Assembly: GCA_963762565.1 (NCBI GenBank)
Contig: CAVXLD010000004.1
Span: forward strand, 64,001-128,000
Direction of reading: 5' to 3'
Source: an uncultured Verrucomicrobiae bacterium
Lineage (GTDB): Bacteria > Verrucomicrobiota > Verrucomicrobiia > Chthoniobacterales > JAFAMB01
Length of the DNA: 64,000 nucleotides
The notes under the pieces: generated by a model
The model's input: only the letters and a program-made list of their open reading frames with translations
Database searches by the model: none
What the model was told of the DNA's origin: nothing
Program-made: the position numbers and the translations under genes
Shown here: piece after piece, positions 1-10,240 of the stretch
Numbering within the stretch: the first letter of the stretch is position 1
How the letters are laid out: each line of letters opens with the position of its first letter

Positions 1-2330
1 CGCAACATGACCGGCCGGAGCCTTTTGGCCAATCGTTCACGCTCCGGCTGCGAACCACGGGTAATTGGCAGCTCATAACGTTCCCTGAATTCGTCCCGGT
101 CCCCTAGATAACCGGGCAACGCGAAATTCATGATCGACCAAAGATCGCGTACTGAATTTTCCACCGGAGTGCCAGTCAGCACGAACCGGTGATTTGCTCG
201 GAGCGCCATGGCCGCTTGCGCGTTTTGAGTGTCCGGATTTTTGATATGGGTCGCTTCATCTAATACCACTGCCCCAAAATGAAAGTCGCGGTATAGGCCA
301 GAATCTCTCCGCAGCAACGGATAGCTGGTTAGCACAAGATTATGCTGGGAAAGTTCGTTGAAGCGGGCGTGCCGATCACCCCCCTCCAGTGTCAGCAGCT
401 TCAATTCAGGAACGAACCGAGCCGCTTCCCGGCGCCAGTTAAATAGCAAGGAAGCCGGGCACACAATCAACGAAGTACCCGCGACGGTTCTGAGAAACGC
501 GAGCATTTGCACGGTTTTTCCTAAGCCCATTTCATCCGCCAAAATTCCGCCCAACCGGTTCTCAGCCAGAAAATGAAGCCAATAAACGCCTTCTTTCTGG
601 TAAGGGCGAAGCACGGTCTCAAGCGAACCGAGTGGCTGCGTTTGCAGCGGCTTTAACTGTTGCTGCGATTCGGTCCACTGACGCCACTCCGTCGTCGCGC
701 CAATTGTCGCCCCAAGATCTCGGGCCGCACCGTCGATGAACCCTGCTTGCGCACGCGAGATGCGGTACCGGCCCGGTTGAAACTGAGTCGGATAGCAGTC
801 CTGGATAATATTGCGGAACTCCTCCAATTTGCCGGGGTCAAATACCGCCAGCGTACCATCCCGGAGCTTGGTAAATCCTTGCCCGACCTGCAGTAACCGT
901 TGGATATCACCGCCCGAAAAACGGTCGCCGCGTTCAGACTCAAGGCTATACGACAGTTCAAACCAATCTTCTCCGGAGCTGACTACATCCAGTTTCGGCG
1001 TAATCCGCTCTAAACGCTGGGTCACATTTTGGAACCGCGAACCGATCGAGACTTTCCATTTTTTCTGTAGTTCAGGAAGAACGACTGCGAAAAACCGCAG
1101 GATCGGATTTTGTCCCTGTAATACGAAGTCGCCCATGGTGCTGGGTCCTTGAAAGCCGGCCTCACGCAAGGTCCCGGCCGCGTTTTGTTCGAACCCGATA
1201 TTCCTTGAATACGTTTTTGAATCGAATTCGTAGACAAAGGTCTCGGTTGCCGGTGTCGCTCCGAAAGTCACCATGCGCTTGCCGTACAGGAATTGAAGTT
1301 TGGCGGTGAGATGATTGAGCGAACCCTCGAACGTGCCAAAGATCTCAGGCTTACCCGGCTCGGAAACCTTAATATCAACGTGGCCTTCGATTTCAAAAAA
1401 GGCTGCCAAGGACGGCAGTTCTCGGAGGATAAAGCCTTCGCTTTGATCCGCCGCCAGAATCACCGGTTCCAACAGCACTTGGAAATAGGCGCTGGATAGT
1501 CCTGGAGCCACCGGGCGAAACTGATTCTCCGCCCATTGCCATACACTGCTAATGCCCACCAGAAGAGCTCGCGACGGGTTCGCGAGGCCGACTTCAGTGC
1601 TGAGTTTCAGACGGCGATCGGCTAGCTCCTCAACTTTAAGCCGAGGTTTAATTTCGTCATCGCGGACCGATACCGATGTGGTTCGCCCAAGCGTCAGTCT
1701 CGGGTGTTGAACCAGGAGCCCCAACACTTCCAGAAATTGGTTCCGCGAAAGTGTCAGCATACCTGGCAGCCGTCCATCGGCATAGTTCCGCAAGCCTTCC
1801 AAGGCGCGGAAATCCATCTCAGCGCAAGAATAAGAACGCTCGTTAGAAAGCGCGCTCGCTAACACCCTCTTCCCTCCAGTCTCAACTTCGCACCCGATCA
1901 TCACCTGGTTCCGGTCCCAGCCGTTGAGGAAGGTGGGCGGCAAGATGAAATACGCTTCAATCCGGTTTTCGGTTCCGTCCAACTTTAGAACCGGCTTCAC
2001 TTCGCGTGGTGGAGCCGGCGTTTGAGCTGGCGCTGCGACCGCTGGTTTGGGCCGGATGAAAGCAAGACCGACGGCTAGAGAATGCGCACAGATTGTCCCC
2101 CAGTCTCGCGACTCGCGGCAAGAACAGAGGTTTTCGATATCAGTCTTCGTCCGGATCTTAAGGCCCGCCCGATACTCAGTCGTTCCTTCACGCACCAAAC
2201 CCCGAAGCACGGGCGAATTGTAGGCTGCGCTCACCACTCTCCCCATCTCAAGCAGCGCCCGAGCGTGTTTCATCGCTTGCCACCCTCCGGTATCCATCAA
2301 GAAACGCTCGGTGATTTCGATCCGATCCAT
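1..2330 (-). CDS. SWIM zinc finger + SNF2-family helicase (3' end runs off the window)
   Basis: Not in the ORF track; translated by hand. ATG at 2330 gives MDRIEITERFL...NLCSCRESRDWGTICAH (SWIM CxC...CxH), in frame with GGILADEMGLGKT (motif I, ~550-505), followed by LDEATHIK and LTGTPVENS. Confidence 0.92.
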   Translation of the reverse strand, partial: MDRIEITERFLMDTGGWQAMKHARALLEMGRVVSAAYNSPVLRGLVREGTTEYRAGLKIRTKTDIENLCSCRESRDWGTICAHSLAVGLAFIRPKPAVAAPAQTPAPPREVKPVLKLDGTENRIEAYFILPPTFLNGWDRNQVMIGCEVETGGKRVLASALSNERSYSCAEMDFRALEGLRNYADGRLPGMLTLSRNQFLEVLGLLVQHPRLTLGRTTSVSVRDDEIKPRLKVEELADRRLKLSTEVGLANPSRALLVGISSVWQWAENQFRPVAPGLSSAYFQVLLEPVILAADQSEGFILRELPSLAAFFEIEGHVDIKVSEPGKPEIFGTFEGSLNHLTAKLQFLYGKRMVTFGATPATETFVYEFDSKTYSRNIGFEQNAAGTLREAGFQGPSTMGDFVLQGQNPILRFFAVVLPELQKKWKVSIGSRFQNVTQRLERITPKLDVVSSGEDWFELSYSLESERGDRFSGGDIQRLLQVGQGFTKLRDGTLAVFDPGKLEEFRNIIQDCYPTQFQPGRYRISRAQAGFIDGAARDLGATIGATTEWRQWTESQQQLKPLQTQPLGSLETVLRPYQKEGVYWLHFLAENRLGGILADEMGLGKTVQMLAFLRTVAGTSLIVCPASLLFNWRREAARFVPELKLLTLEGGDRHARFNELSQHNLVLTSYPLLRRDSGLYRDFHFGAVVLDEATHIKNPDTQNAQAAMALRANHRFVLTGTPVENSVRDLWSIMNFALPGYLGDRDEFRERYELPITRGSQPERERLAKRLRPVML

Positions 2331-2509
2331 ATGTGTCTAAGGTCAACAGCAATTGGTAGGGCGAGGCTCCGGAAAGAGCACACGACCGTCGCAGGGGCGA
2401 AAGATGTCTCGTCGCTATAGAGGATGCAACACCGGAACGCTGCCGAGCCGGGGCGACTCGAAAGATTCTCCTTTGCTTGTTACCTCCCTGGAACCAAACT
2501 AGCTGTTCG

Positions 2510-3313
2510 ATGAAACTCTTCGCGGTTGCCAACCAGAAAGGGGGCGTGGGTAAGACAACCACGGCAGTGAACCTTTCGGCCTGCTTAGCGGAGAAAGGCA
2601 AGCGCGTATTACTGATCGACTTGGATCCTCAGGCTAACGCCACCAGCGCGATCGGCTTCGAGAATGGTGTTGGCAATAGCATTTATCCTGCGCTCATCGG
2701 TTATGCCAAGGTCGAAGACAAGATTGCCATAACCCGGTACAAGGGGCTTTCTCTGGTCCCCGGAGACCTCGATTTAGCAGGAGCAGAAGTCGAGGTTGCT
2801 CGTCTGGAAGATCATCTTACCCGCCTGAGAGTGGCGACCCGGTCGATGCTATCCCAAAGCGCATTCGATTATGCTTTTCTGGATTGTCCCCCATCCTTGG
2901 GCATTCTCATGACCAATGCTTTGGCAGCAGCCGATCAACTGATCATTCCTTTGCAATGCGAATATTTTGCCTTGGAAGGTCTCTCCAAGATTGTTCACGT
3001 CATCGAACAGATCCGGGCGGTGAATCCGTCGCTTACGATTGCCGGGATCGTGATGACCATGTTCGACGGCCGCACCAATCTGAGCCAACAAGTCGTCGAC
3101 GAAGTACGGAATCACTTCAAGAAACTGGTTTTTCAAACGATTATCCCGCGTTCGGTTCGACTGGGTGAAGCGCCAAGCTTCGGTAAACCCATCATCGAAT
3201 ATGACCCAAATGGAATTGGGGCCATCTCCTATCGAGCGCTGGCGATAGAGTTTCTAAATCGTGACCTTGGTAACGAATCGTTCACGCAAGCGCCCGGTAT
3301 CGCCGCGATGTGA
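2510..3313 (+). CDS. parA: ParA/Soj family ATPase
   Basis: ANQKGGVGKTT deviant Walker A, DLDPQAN, DCPPSLG, QCEYFALEG, RSVRLGEAPSFG. Confidence 0.93.
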   Translation: MKLFAVANQKGGVGKTTTAVNLSACLAEKGKRVLLIDLDPQANATSAIGFENGVGNSIYPALIGYAKVEDKIAITRYKGLSLVPGDLDLAGAEVEVARLEDHLTRLRVATRSMLSQSAFDYAFLDCPPSLGILMTNALAAADQLIIPLQCEYFALEGLSKIVHVIEQIRAVNPSLTIAGIVMTMFDGRTNLSQQVVDEVRNHFKKLVFQTIIPRSVRLGEAPSFGKPIIEYDPNGIGAISYRALAIEFLNRDLGNESFTQAPGIAAM

Positions 3314-3331
3314 TAGGCGAAACAGGCGAAA

Positions 3332-3466
3332 CTCGCCTGAGGCTCGTTCGCATGACAGATAACAAATCACAAATGACAGATCGGCTTCAGGTCGCCGGTT
3401 TGACGCAATATTTGTCATTTGTCATCTGTCATCTGTCGTTTGTCATGGGAGCGAGCCTCAGGCGAG
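3332..3466. repeat. Inverted-repeat element with inner heptamer arrays (TGACAAA / TTTGTCA)
   Basis: CTCGCCTGAGGCTCG at 3332-3346 and its reverse complement at 3452-3466 enclose mirrored TGACA(G/A)A arrays. Confidence 0.85.
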
Positions 3467-3543
3467 CTCCGCTGCTTTCGCGGCTAAAAAAAGTTGAGCA
3501 TTTTGGTGGAAAAATGATTGCCCTACTAAATAAGTAGGGTATT

Positions 3544-4059
3544 ATGCGCCCAATGAAAGCGTTCCCCCACGATTCTTCCACGGCCCTCGTTGCCCAAAGC
3601 CGGGACAATGCTTTTCGGCTGACGGTTGCTGGTCTCGCTAGCCGCACCCATCAATTTAACCTGCAAGACCTTCGTTTGAATTTCAGCGAACGATCTTTTG
3701 GCGGCCGGCAAGGTGACCGTTTTTCAGCGACCGAAGAATCGTGGCAAGGCTGCTCCCTAAACGAGCTGATCGAGTTCGTTGGCGTATCCGGCCAAGCTCA
3801 TTATATCGAGTTCGTTTGTTCGCAGTCCGTTCCGGATAGAGCTTTTTCGGTCCCGATCGCAGATCTTGAGCACCAAGAGATCGGGCTGGTGTGGGAGCGG
3901 GACGGAGCATCTCTTTCAGCGGAGGACGGTGGGCCTCTGTTGGCGTTAATACCTGGATTGGACGGGTATCAACCATTGCCGGGCGTGTCTCGGATCAATC
4001 TGGTGATCATTCCGTGTTCAGCTTATCGAGGTGGGTTCGATCCGGTGTTAGCAGCATGA
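3544..4059 (+). CDS. Molybdopterin-dependent oxidoreductase-like domain protein (sulfite oxidase/MsrP fold)
   Basis: FRLTVAG...WQGCSLNELIE...SVPIADL...WERDGASLSAEDGGPLLALIPG pattern; the usual Mo-ligand Cys is not evident. Confidence 0.65.
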   Translation: MRPMKAFPHDSSTALVAQSRDNAFRLTVAGLASRTHQFNLQDLRLNFSERSFGGRQGDRFSATEESWQGCSLNELIEFVGVSGQAHYIEFVCSQSVPDRAFSVPIADLEHQEIGLVWERDGASLSAEDGGPLLALIPGLDGYQPLPGVSRINLVIIPCSAYRGGFDPVLAA

Positions 4060-4121
4060 CGTTGGGGAATCCTGGAGCGGCCTTGAGAGCGAGGCCGCTC
4101 CAGGTCAGGGAAAGAGGTTTT

Positions 4122-4328
4122 GGTAGGGCGAGGCTCCGGAATAGCCGGGAAGTGCTCGCAGCGCGCGATCCATTTCGTTGGTGTATCGGACGCGACACCT
4201 GAAAGCTGCCGAGCCGTGGGTGGCGCCACCCACGGCTCGGCAGCTCTTAGGCTTTGCGTCCCATGAACCACTGAAACGCCATTTCGCCTTGCGAATCTGT
4301 TTCGGTCATTCCGGAGCCTCGCCCTACC
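4122..4328. repeat. REPIN family A (GGTAGGGCGAGGCTCC ... GGAGCCTCGCCCTACC)
   Basis: Terminal inverted repeats plus central palindrome GCCGAGCCGTGG...CCACGGCTCGGC; a single arm of the same family is at 2355-2450. Confidence 0.85.
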
Positions 4329-4381
4329 GGCTATACCTCTCGCATTGCAACTCTCTCAGCTGCGGTTAACCTGCAACGCAT

Positions 4382-5554
4382 ATGTTGTCTCGCAGTGCCG
4401 CCGTGGTTCTTTCGTGTTCTCTTCTTTTTCTTTCGAACGCCCACGCTAGCGATTTTCGAGGTGCTTGGGTCGCTTCTGTCTACAACCTCAACTTTCCCAG
4501 CCGGCCTGGCCTTTCAGCCGAGGAACAGGAACGGCAAATAGCCAGCATCGTTGAAACCGCGAAAAAAGCGGGCCTGAACGCGTTGATGATCCAAGTGCGG
4601 CCGGAAGGAGACGCGCTCTATCGTTCTGAGCTGGAGCCATGGAGCCGCTATTTGACCGGGGTTCAAGGCCAGTCTCCGGGCTACGATCCTTTGCAGGTTT
4701 TTCTGCAGGAAGGATCCCGCTATGGCATTGCGATTCATGCCTGGATCAATCCCTATCGGGCGGCCACTAATTCCAATCTACCGCGAGCCTCAGCCCATGA
4801 AGCGTACACTTTGAGCGGCGCCGTACGTCGAGTTGGTTCTTCACTCTGGCTCGACCCGGGTGATCCGGCCGTGCGCAAGCATGTGGCCGCCGTGGTCAGA
4901 GACTTGCTCGAACGTTATGCCGTCGCCGGCGTTATCCTGGATGATTATTTTTATCCGTATCCGTCGCGAGCAAATCCGCGGGGGTATTTTCCTGATAGCA
5001 ACACTTTCGCAAGGTATCGGTCCGAAGGTGGCACGCTGAGTCTGGACGATTGGCGTCGGCATAACGTCGATCTCCTGATTAGCGAACTCCATGAAACGGT
5101 AAAAGCCGTCCGGCCACACGCTTTGTTTGGAGTCAGCCCCTTTGGGATCTATACCCGGGGAGAACCTGCCTCGGTCCATGCGGAATTGGATCAATATCGC
5201 GATCTTTACGCCGATCCGGTGAAATGGATACGTGAAGGTTGGGTCGATTACCTCTCACCACAGCTTTATTGGCAAGACGCGGGCCCGCAAAGTTATTCGG
5301 CTTTACTGGCTTGGTGGCGCAGTCCCGCAGTGAATCCCCAGGGAGTTCCGATTTATCCTAGCATTACGCTGGACAAGCTCAGCAGTTGGCCCGCGAGTGA
5401 GATCGCACATCAACTTACCGTGGAGCGGACCATCAAACCCCGAGGTGACGGAGGCTTCATCATTTGGAATATGGGACCTCTAATGAGCAACCGAAAAGGC
5501 GTCGCCGGTGTGATCGAGCGAGGCGCAGGGACCGAAGTAGCCGTTGGACGGTAG
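4382..5554 (+). CDS. GHL10 / YddW(DigH)-like glycoside hydrolase, secreted
   Basis: Signal peptide; FRGAWVASV, QVRPEGDALY, IHAWINPYR, DDYFYPY, FGVSPFG, VDYLSPQLYW. Confidence 0.88.
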   Translation: MLSRSAAVVLSCSLLFLSNAHASDFRGAWVASVYNLNFPSRPGLSAEEQERQIASIVETAKKAGLNALMIQVRPEGDALYRSELEPWSRYLTGVQGQSPGYDPLQVFLQEGSRYGIAIHAWINPYRAATNSNLPRASAHEAYTLSGAVRRVGSSLWLDPGDPAVRKHVAAVVRDLLERYAVAGVILDDYFYPYPSRANPRGYFPDSNTFARYRSEGGTLSLDDWRRHNVDLLISELHETVKAVRPHALFGVSPFGIYTRGEPASVHAELDQYRDLYADPVKWIREGWVDYLSPQLYWQDAGPQSYSALLAWWRSPAVNPQGVPIYPSITLDKLSSWPASEIAHQLTVERTIKPRGDGGFIIWNMGPLMSNRKGVAGVIERGAGTEVAVGR

Positions 5555-5559
5555 GTACG

Positions 5560-5781
5560 CGTTTGGCGTTCGGCGTTTGGCGTGAGCAACTGTGGGCGTA
5601 GCCCAACGATGGCACAGGATGCCGCGAATCCGCTCCGCGACCGAATGGGACTTATAGGACCTATGGGACCTATGGGTCGTATCTCATTAGTCCCAGTAGT
5701 CCCATGGGTCCCATCCGTTCGAATCGCCCAACGCTCGCCCCCCGCGCCGAACGCCGAACGCCGAACGCCAAACGCCAAACG
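5560..5781. repeat. Nested inverted short tandem repeats (outer GGCGTTY/RAACGCC heptamers, inner GGACCTATG nonamers)
   Basis: gtttggcgttcggcgtttggcg ... ggacttataggacctatgggacctatggg ... gtcccagtagtcccatgggtccca ... cgccgaacgccgaacgccaaacg. Confidence 0.85.
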
Positions 5782-5845
5782 GCTAACGTCTAACGCGAAC
5801 GGTTTACCGACCGGTAATCTGTGCTTATCGTAGTTTTATTACGCT

Positions 5846-6829
5846 ATGGACTTCGTATCTCTAGGAAACACTGGATTAAAAGTATCGCGGATCTGTCTGG
5901 GGTGCATGAGTTATGGCACCTCGAAATGGAGGGACTGGGTTCTCGATGAAGATGCCTCTTTCCCTTTCTACGGACAGGCGCTGGATGCCGGCATTAATTT
6001 TTTCGATACGGCCGACATCTATTCTAACGGCGTCAGCGAAGAAGTAACCGGCCGAGCACTAAAGAAGTTTGGAGTGCATCGCGAGGAAGTGGTGATCGCA
6101 ACCAAGGTGTACAGTCCCATGGGAGAGACCCCTAACGAACGGGGCACTTCCAAAAAACACATTCGTCATGCCATCGACGCCAGTCTGCGACGGCTCGGGG
6201 TCGATTATGTGGATCTTTATCAGATTCATCGTAACGACCGTACCACCCCAATCGAAGAGACCCTCGAAGCTCTCACTGACGTGGTTCAGCAAGGAAAGGC
6301 GTTATACGTCGGCGCATCCAGCATGTACGCCTGGGAATTCGCCAAATACTTGTACGCAGCCGATACCCACGGCTATGCCCGGTTCGTTACGATGCAAAAC
6401 CACTACAATCTGATTTACCGCGAAGAGGAACGGGAGATGATTCCGCTCTGCCGAGAGGAAAAAGTCGGCCTCATCCCATGGAGTCCGTTAGCACGTGGCT
6501 TTTTGACTGGGACTCGTAGTCGCGGGGATAAAGGAGACACCACCAGAGCCAAGAGCGATGATTTCGCCCATCGGATGTACTATCAGGAAAGCGATTATGT
6601 AGTGGTCGATCGGCTCGCCGAACTGGCCAAGAAACATGGGATTCCGAACGCACAAATCGCTTTGGCTTGGATGTTACATAAACCAGGCGTCACCTCACCC
6701 ATTATCGGAGCGACAAAACCGCATCACATCGAGGACGCAGTCAAAGCATCGGAACTCAAGCTCAGTGACGAGGAAATCAAATACCTCGAGGAACCTTACC
6801 AGCCGCATCCAGTGCTAGGGTTTGCATAA
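5846..6829 (+). CDS. Aldo/keto reductase (YajO-like)
   Basis: GLKVSRICLGCMSYG, FFDTADIY, IATKV, DLYQIHR, QNHYNL, PWSPLARG. Confidence 0.95.
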   Translation: MDFVSLGNTGLKVSRICLGCMSYGTSKWRDWVLDEDASFPFYGQALDAGINFFDTADIYSNGVSEEVTGRALKKFGVHREEVVIATKVYSPMGETPNERGTSKKHIRHAIDASLRRLGVDYVDLYQIHRNDRTTPIEETLEALTDVVQQGKALYVGASSMYAWEFAKYLYAADTHGYARFVTMQNHYNLIYREEEREMIPLCREEKVGLIPWSPLARGFLTGTRSRGDKGDTTRAKSDDFAHRMYYQESDYVVVDRLAELAKKHGIPNAQIALAWMLHKPGVTSPIIGATKPHHIEDAVKASELKLSDEEIKYLEEPYQPHPVLGFA

Positions 6830-6855
6830 AAAGAGGGCGAAGCGCAGCCATATTT

Positions 6856-7141
6856 GGTGGGGCGAGGCTCCCTCATGCTGAAAGAGCCTCGCAAAGCGGT
6901 TGATCCTCAATCATCGCCGGTCCTCAACTCCGAAAAACTGCCGAGCCGCTGGCCCAGCACATACATCACCCACCGCTTACCAGGAACGTCCCACAAATCT
7001 TGATAAGACTAGGCGGCATTAACCCGTTCGAATCGCGCAACACCGCGACTCGGCAAGCGTTCCAGTCTAACAGAACCGTAGGGCCTGTCCCGGACTGAAC
7101 CCTTCGCGGAAGAGTTGGGTTCTACGGGAGCCGCGCCTACC
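6856..7141. repeat. REPIN family A (degenerate)
   Basis: GGTGGGGCGAGGCTCC ... GGGAGCCGCGCCTACC between convergent genes. Confidence 0.7.
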
Positions 7142-7148
7142 AAGTTCT

Positions 7149-8135
7149 TCACACCGTTACCACGATCTTGCCGATCTGGTCGTTGGACTCCATATAACGG
7201 TGTGCTTCTACGATCTCTTCCAGCTTGAAGGTTTTTGCGATGATCGGTTTAAGCGCACCAGCGGTTAACCCTTCGATGACAAATTTTCTGGCCCGAGCAG
7301 AACGCTCCGGGTCCTTGTGAATCTCGAAAATAGTGTAGCCGCGAATGCTGAGGCCTTTCCGAAGCCCTCCAAACAACGGATACGGGGTTGGTCGAGGATC
7401 CAACGCGCCGTATTCCATAATCGTTGCTTGGTAACCAGCCGCTTCCGCCAGCGTTTCCAGGCCTGGGCCGGCGATCGGATCAAAGGCGAGAGCGAATCCC
7501 TTTCCGCCGGTAATTTCTTCAACCCGGCCGACGAGATCTTCGCTTCCCGTGTTGATCACAAAATCGGCTCCTGCATCCAACAGCCCCTCTGCTTTCGCTT
7601 TGTTTCGAGTTGTGGCGATCGAGGTTGCGCCCACGAGTTTCGCGATCTGAATCGCGGCCAAGCCGACGCTGCTGGCGGCAGCCGTGATCAAGAAATGTTG
7701 CCCTTTCTTCAAACCGCCAAACTCGACGACGCCATAGGCGGTTAGGTACTGCATCCAGATCGAGGTGCCTTCGACCGCCGACAGACGCTGGGGATAAGGC
7801 GCAAGCGCGTAGGCCGGCAAAACCGCGTATTCGCCGTAAGTACCGTATTCGTTCATATGGAAGGCAGGGATCGAACTGACGCGGTCACCCGGTTTCAGGT
7901 CAGTCACTCCCGGTCCAACGGACTCGATGATCCCCGACGCTTCATACCCGATTAGCGCCGGCAAAACCGGTTGATCAATGTATTTGCCGGTGCGGAACAT
8001 CACCTCAGCGCGATTTAGGCCGATTGCCTCGACCTTCAGCAAAGCTTCGCCTTCTCCGGGCTGCGGCTTTGGTAACTCTTCCAGTTTCAATACGCTAGCA
8101 TCGCCGACCTCATGAAAACGAACGATCTTTGGCAT
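7149..8135 (-). CDS. MDR superfamily NADPH:quinone oxidoreductase-like protein
   Basis: [28 protein letters not shown]-terminal GKIVVTV. Confidence 0.9.
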   Translation of the reverse strand: MPKIVRFHEVGDASVLKLEELPKPQPGEGEALLKVEAIGLNRAEVMFRTGKYIDQPVLPALIGYEASGIIESVGPGVTDLKPGDRVSSIPAFHMNEYGTYGEYAVLPAYALAPYPQRLSAVEGTSIWMQYLTAYGVVEFGGLKKGQHFLITAAASSVGLAAIQIAKLVGATSIATTRNKAKAEGLLDAGADFVINTGSEDLVGRVEEITGGKGFALAFDPIAGPGLETLAEAAGYQATIMEYGALDPRPTPYPLFGGLRKGLSIRGYTIFEIHKDPERSARARKFVIEGLTAGALKPIIAKTFKLEEIVEAHRYMESNDQIGKIVVTV

Positions 8136-8220
8136 ATAAAAATTTTGTTGTTAGCTGTGTCCCTCAGGATAGAGCGTGGAGAGAGAGGTGCAAATGCGGG
8201 TGGCTGTGGTTTCTCGGATC

Positions 8221-8535
8221 GGGGAGGGCGCGCTGCCCCGCGCGCCGCGACGACGTTCCACCACCCAGCGGCGTATTTTCTTCCAGGATCAGAACACGTC
8301 CCCGGTTTCGGTCACCACTTCGTTCTTGGGTTGAGTGCAAGGCCCATCGCCCGGGAGGGATCGCGTCCTCGCGATCAGTTGTTACCGAAGCCGAGGACGT
8401 GTTGTGACCGCGGAAGAAAATACGCCGCCGGGTGGTGGCACGTTCTCGCGGCGCGCGGGGATCCGACGTCGCCCCGTTGGCAGAAAAATCGATCGCATGC
8501 CTTAGGCTATGTCGGACAGGCAGCGCGCCCTCCCC
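8221..8535. repeat. REPIN family B (GGGAGGGCGCG... / ...CGCGCCCTCCC), composite
   Basis: Three REP-like units plus an internal inverted repeat (CCACCACCCAGCGGCGTATTTTCTTCC / GGAAGAAAATACGCCGCCGGGTGGTGG). Confidence 0.8.
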
Positions 8536-8544
8536 GAATCCCCT

Positions 8545-9555
8545 CTACCGTACTACGGTGAACGCGATTCCCTGCACGGTGGCGCGCCGGCGCCGGTTCA
8601 AGATGGTTACCGACGGAACTTCGCCAAATAGACGCCGATACGCGGCCGAGAACCGGCCAAAGTGATAAAAACCCCAACGTGTAGCCACCCCAGTCACGCT
8701 CACGTTTCGGACGTCCGCCCGAAGAAGCTCGAAGCGTGCGGCATTCAACCGGGCTAGCTGCGACCAAGTTCGGGGCGATACCCCGTACGCCTCTTTGAAG
8801 AGCATCTCGATACTGCGCTCGCTCATGTGAGTGGCGTGACATAGCGCCCGGCTACTGAACGGCCGATCCATGTGTTCTCTCAGATATTCTTCCGCGCGCC
8901 GCATCGCTCCATAACGATACCCGGCAAAACTGGTCAGACTTCGCCCAGGTGCATCGCCAGTACTGGCGATTGCTCGAACAAATTCGTTTACAACCTCTTC
9001 GCACAAGCTGTTCGCACCAGGGCCCGCCAAGGTTTCCGGATTGCTAAGGTCGCTTAAGGCCAGTTCGATGGCGGATGAAACGCCCCGGGCTTCATCACGG
9101 ACCCGAAAGTTGGTGGTTCCCTTCTCCGGCAGCTCCAAAGGCTGGCCGGTCAGAAGCATGGCAATATCTTGAAGTTCTTTTCGATCGGTGAGAACGACTT
9201 GCCAGCTTGTGTGCGGCGCATTGCGGAACTGGAGCTCGGTCCCTTCCGCGAAACACATGATCTCCCCTCTTCCTATATTGAATCCATTGCACCAAGCCGG
9301 CCTTTCAATGCGAGGGGTGAATCCGAGACAGATCTGATCGACAGAAAATTGTCCGTTCACAGCAAACGCGGGGTCATAGTCACCACAATCGACTGACGAG
9401 TTACCGAAGACGATGCGCCGGTGGCGAACATCGAAGCTGCCGCCTTCTAGTAACCGATGATCGAAGCGGCCATCACGAATCACTTCTAATAGGGTTTCCG
9501 GATCGAAGGTCTCGATCCGCCTATCCACAAAGCCACATTGCTCGGTACGTAGCAT
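8545..9555 (-). CDS. AraC/EutR-type transcriptional regulator
   Basis: C-terminal double HTH: MSERSIEMLFKEAYGVSP...VTGVATRWGFYHFGRFSAAYRRLFGEVPS; start uncertain (9555 ATG or 9582 TTG). Confidence 0.88.
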   Translation of the reverse strand: MLRTEQCGFVDRRIETFDPETLLEVIRDGRFDHRLLEGGSFDVRHRRIVFGNSSVDCGDYDPAFAVNGQFSVDQICLGFTPRIERPAWCNGFNIGRGEIMCFAEGTELQFRNAPHTSWQVVLTDRKELQDIAMLLTGQPLELPEKGTTNFRVRDEARGVSSAIELALSDLSNPETLAGPGANSLCEEVVNEFVRAIASTGDAPGRSLTSFAGYRYGAMRRAEEYLREHMDRPFSSRALCHATHMSERSIEMLFKEAYGVSPRTWSQLARLNAARFELLRADVRNVSVTGVATRWGFYHFGRFSAAYRRLFGEVPSVTILNRRRRATVQGIAFTVVR

Positions 9556-9657
9556 GCAGTCGCTCCGAAAGAAGAATCCCAAGAAACAAACCCCAAAGAG
9601 CCGCGAAGCAACTTCCAGATGAGCGCAATTTGTTCTAAGGTCAAGCTCAATCCGTGG

Positions 9658-10092
9658 TCAAACTGTGTTTTCCACCGATGCCAAGCGTTCTTCGGACAGA
9701 GACAACGGCTTCACCACTTGACGAATTGCTTTAAACAGGTCTTGGGGCGTAAACGGTTTCGGCAAATACGTTACCCCAGATTGTTCCAGCTCCTGTTCCA
9801 GACCCGAATCGCGCACACCCGTAATCACGACTATCCCGGTGCGCCAGTCATGGATGTCCTCAAAAGCCCTTATCTGGCGCAGAAGAGAAAACCCGTCTTG
9901 CGCTGGCATGATGAGGTCAAGCAAGACGGCATGAGGGCGCACTTGCCCTATGGCTTGCATGCCCTCAGCCGCATCCTCGCAAAGTGTTACCGACGCCCCG
10001 AAATGGGTTACGCAGCGTCCGACAACCGTTCGAATCATCGGATCATCATCCACAACTACAATCTTCAGAGATGCTAAACTGCCGGGTAACAT
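9658..10092 (-). CDS. Single-domain response regulator (CheY-like)
   Basis: VVDDD, LLDLIMPAQDG, VITG, LPKPF. Confidence 0.9.
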   Translation of the reverse strand: MLPGSLASLKIVVVDDDPMIRTVVGRCVTHFGASVTLCEDAAEGMQAIGQVRPHAVLLDLIMPAQDGFSLLRQIRAFEDIHDWRTGIVVITGVRDSGLEQELEQSGVTYLPKPFTPQDLFKAIRQVVKPLSLSEERLASVENTV

Positions 10093-10240
10093 ACCAATAG
10101 GGCGGTCACGCTTACCCGAAGCATTTCGCTCAACGGCAGAGAATTGCTCTTGGGGGTCGTCGCCAAGAAGTAGTGCACCTTGGCCATTTCCGGCAATCCA
10201 CTTTCCGAAATTCTACTGGAGTTTCCGCTTTACCGACGGG

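Noticed and set aside
358..2420. Short track ORFs in the first 2.4 kb
   Set aside because: They are shadows of the minus-strand SNF2 gene, which the track missed because it runs off the window.
3310..3537. Small ORFs over repeat arrays (also 5410-5833, 8112-8665, 31563-32023, 49035-49511, 57723-57953, 59942-60246)
   Set aside because: Their translations simply reflect the tandem or inverted repeats; there is no independent coding evidence.
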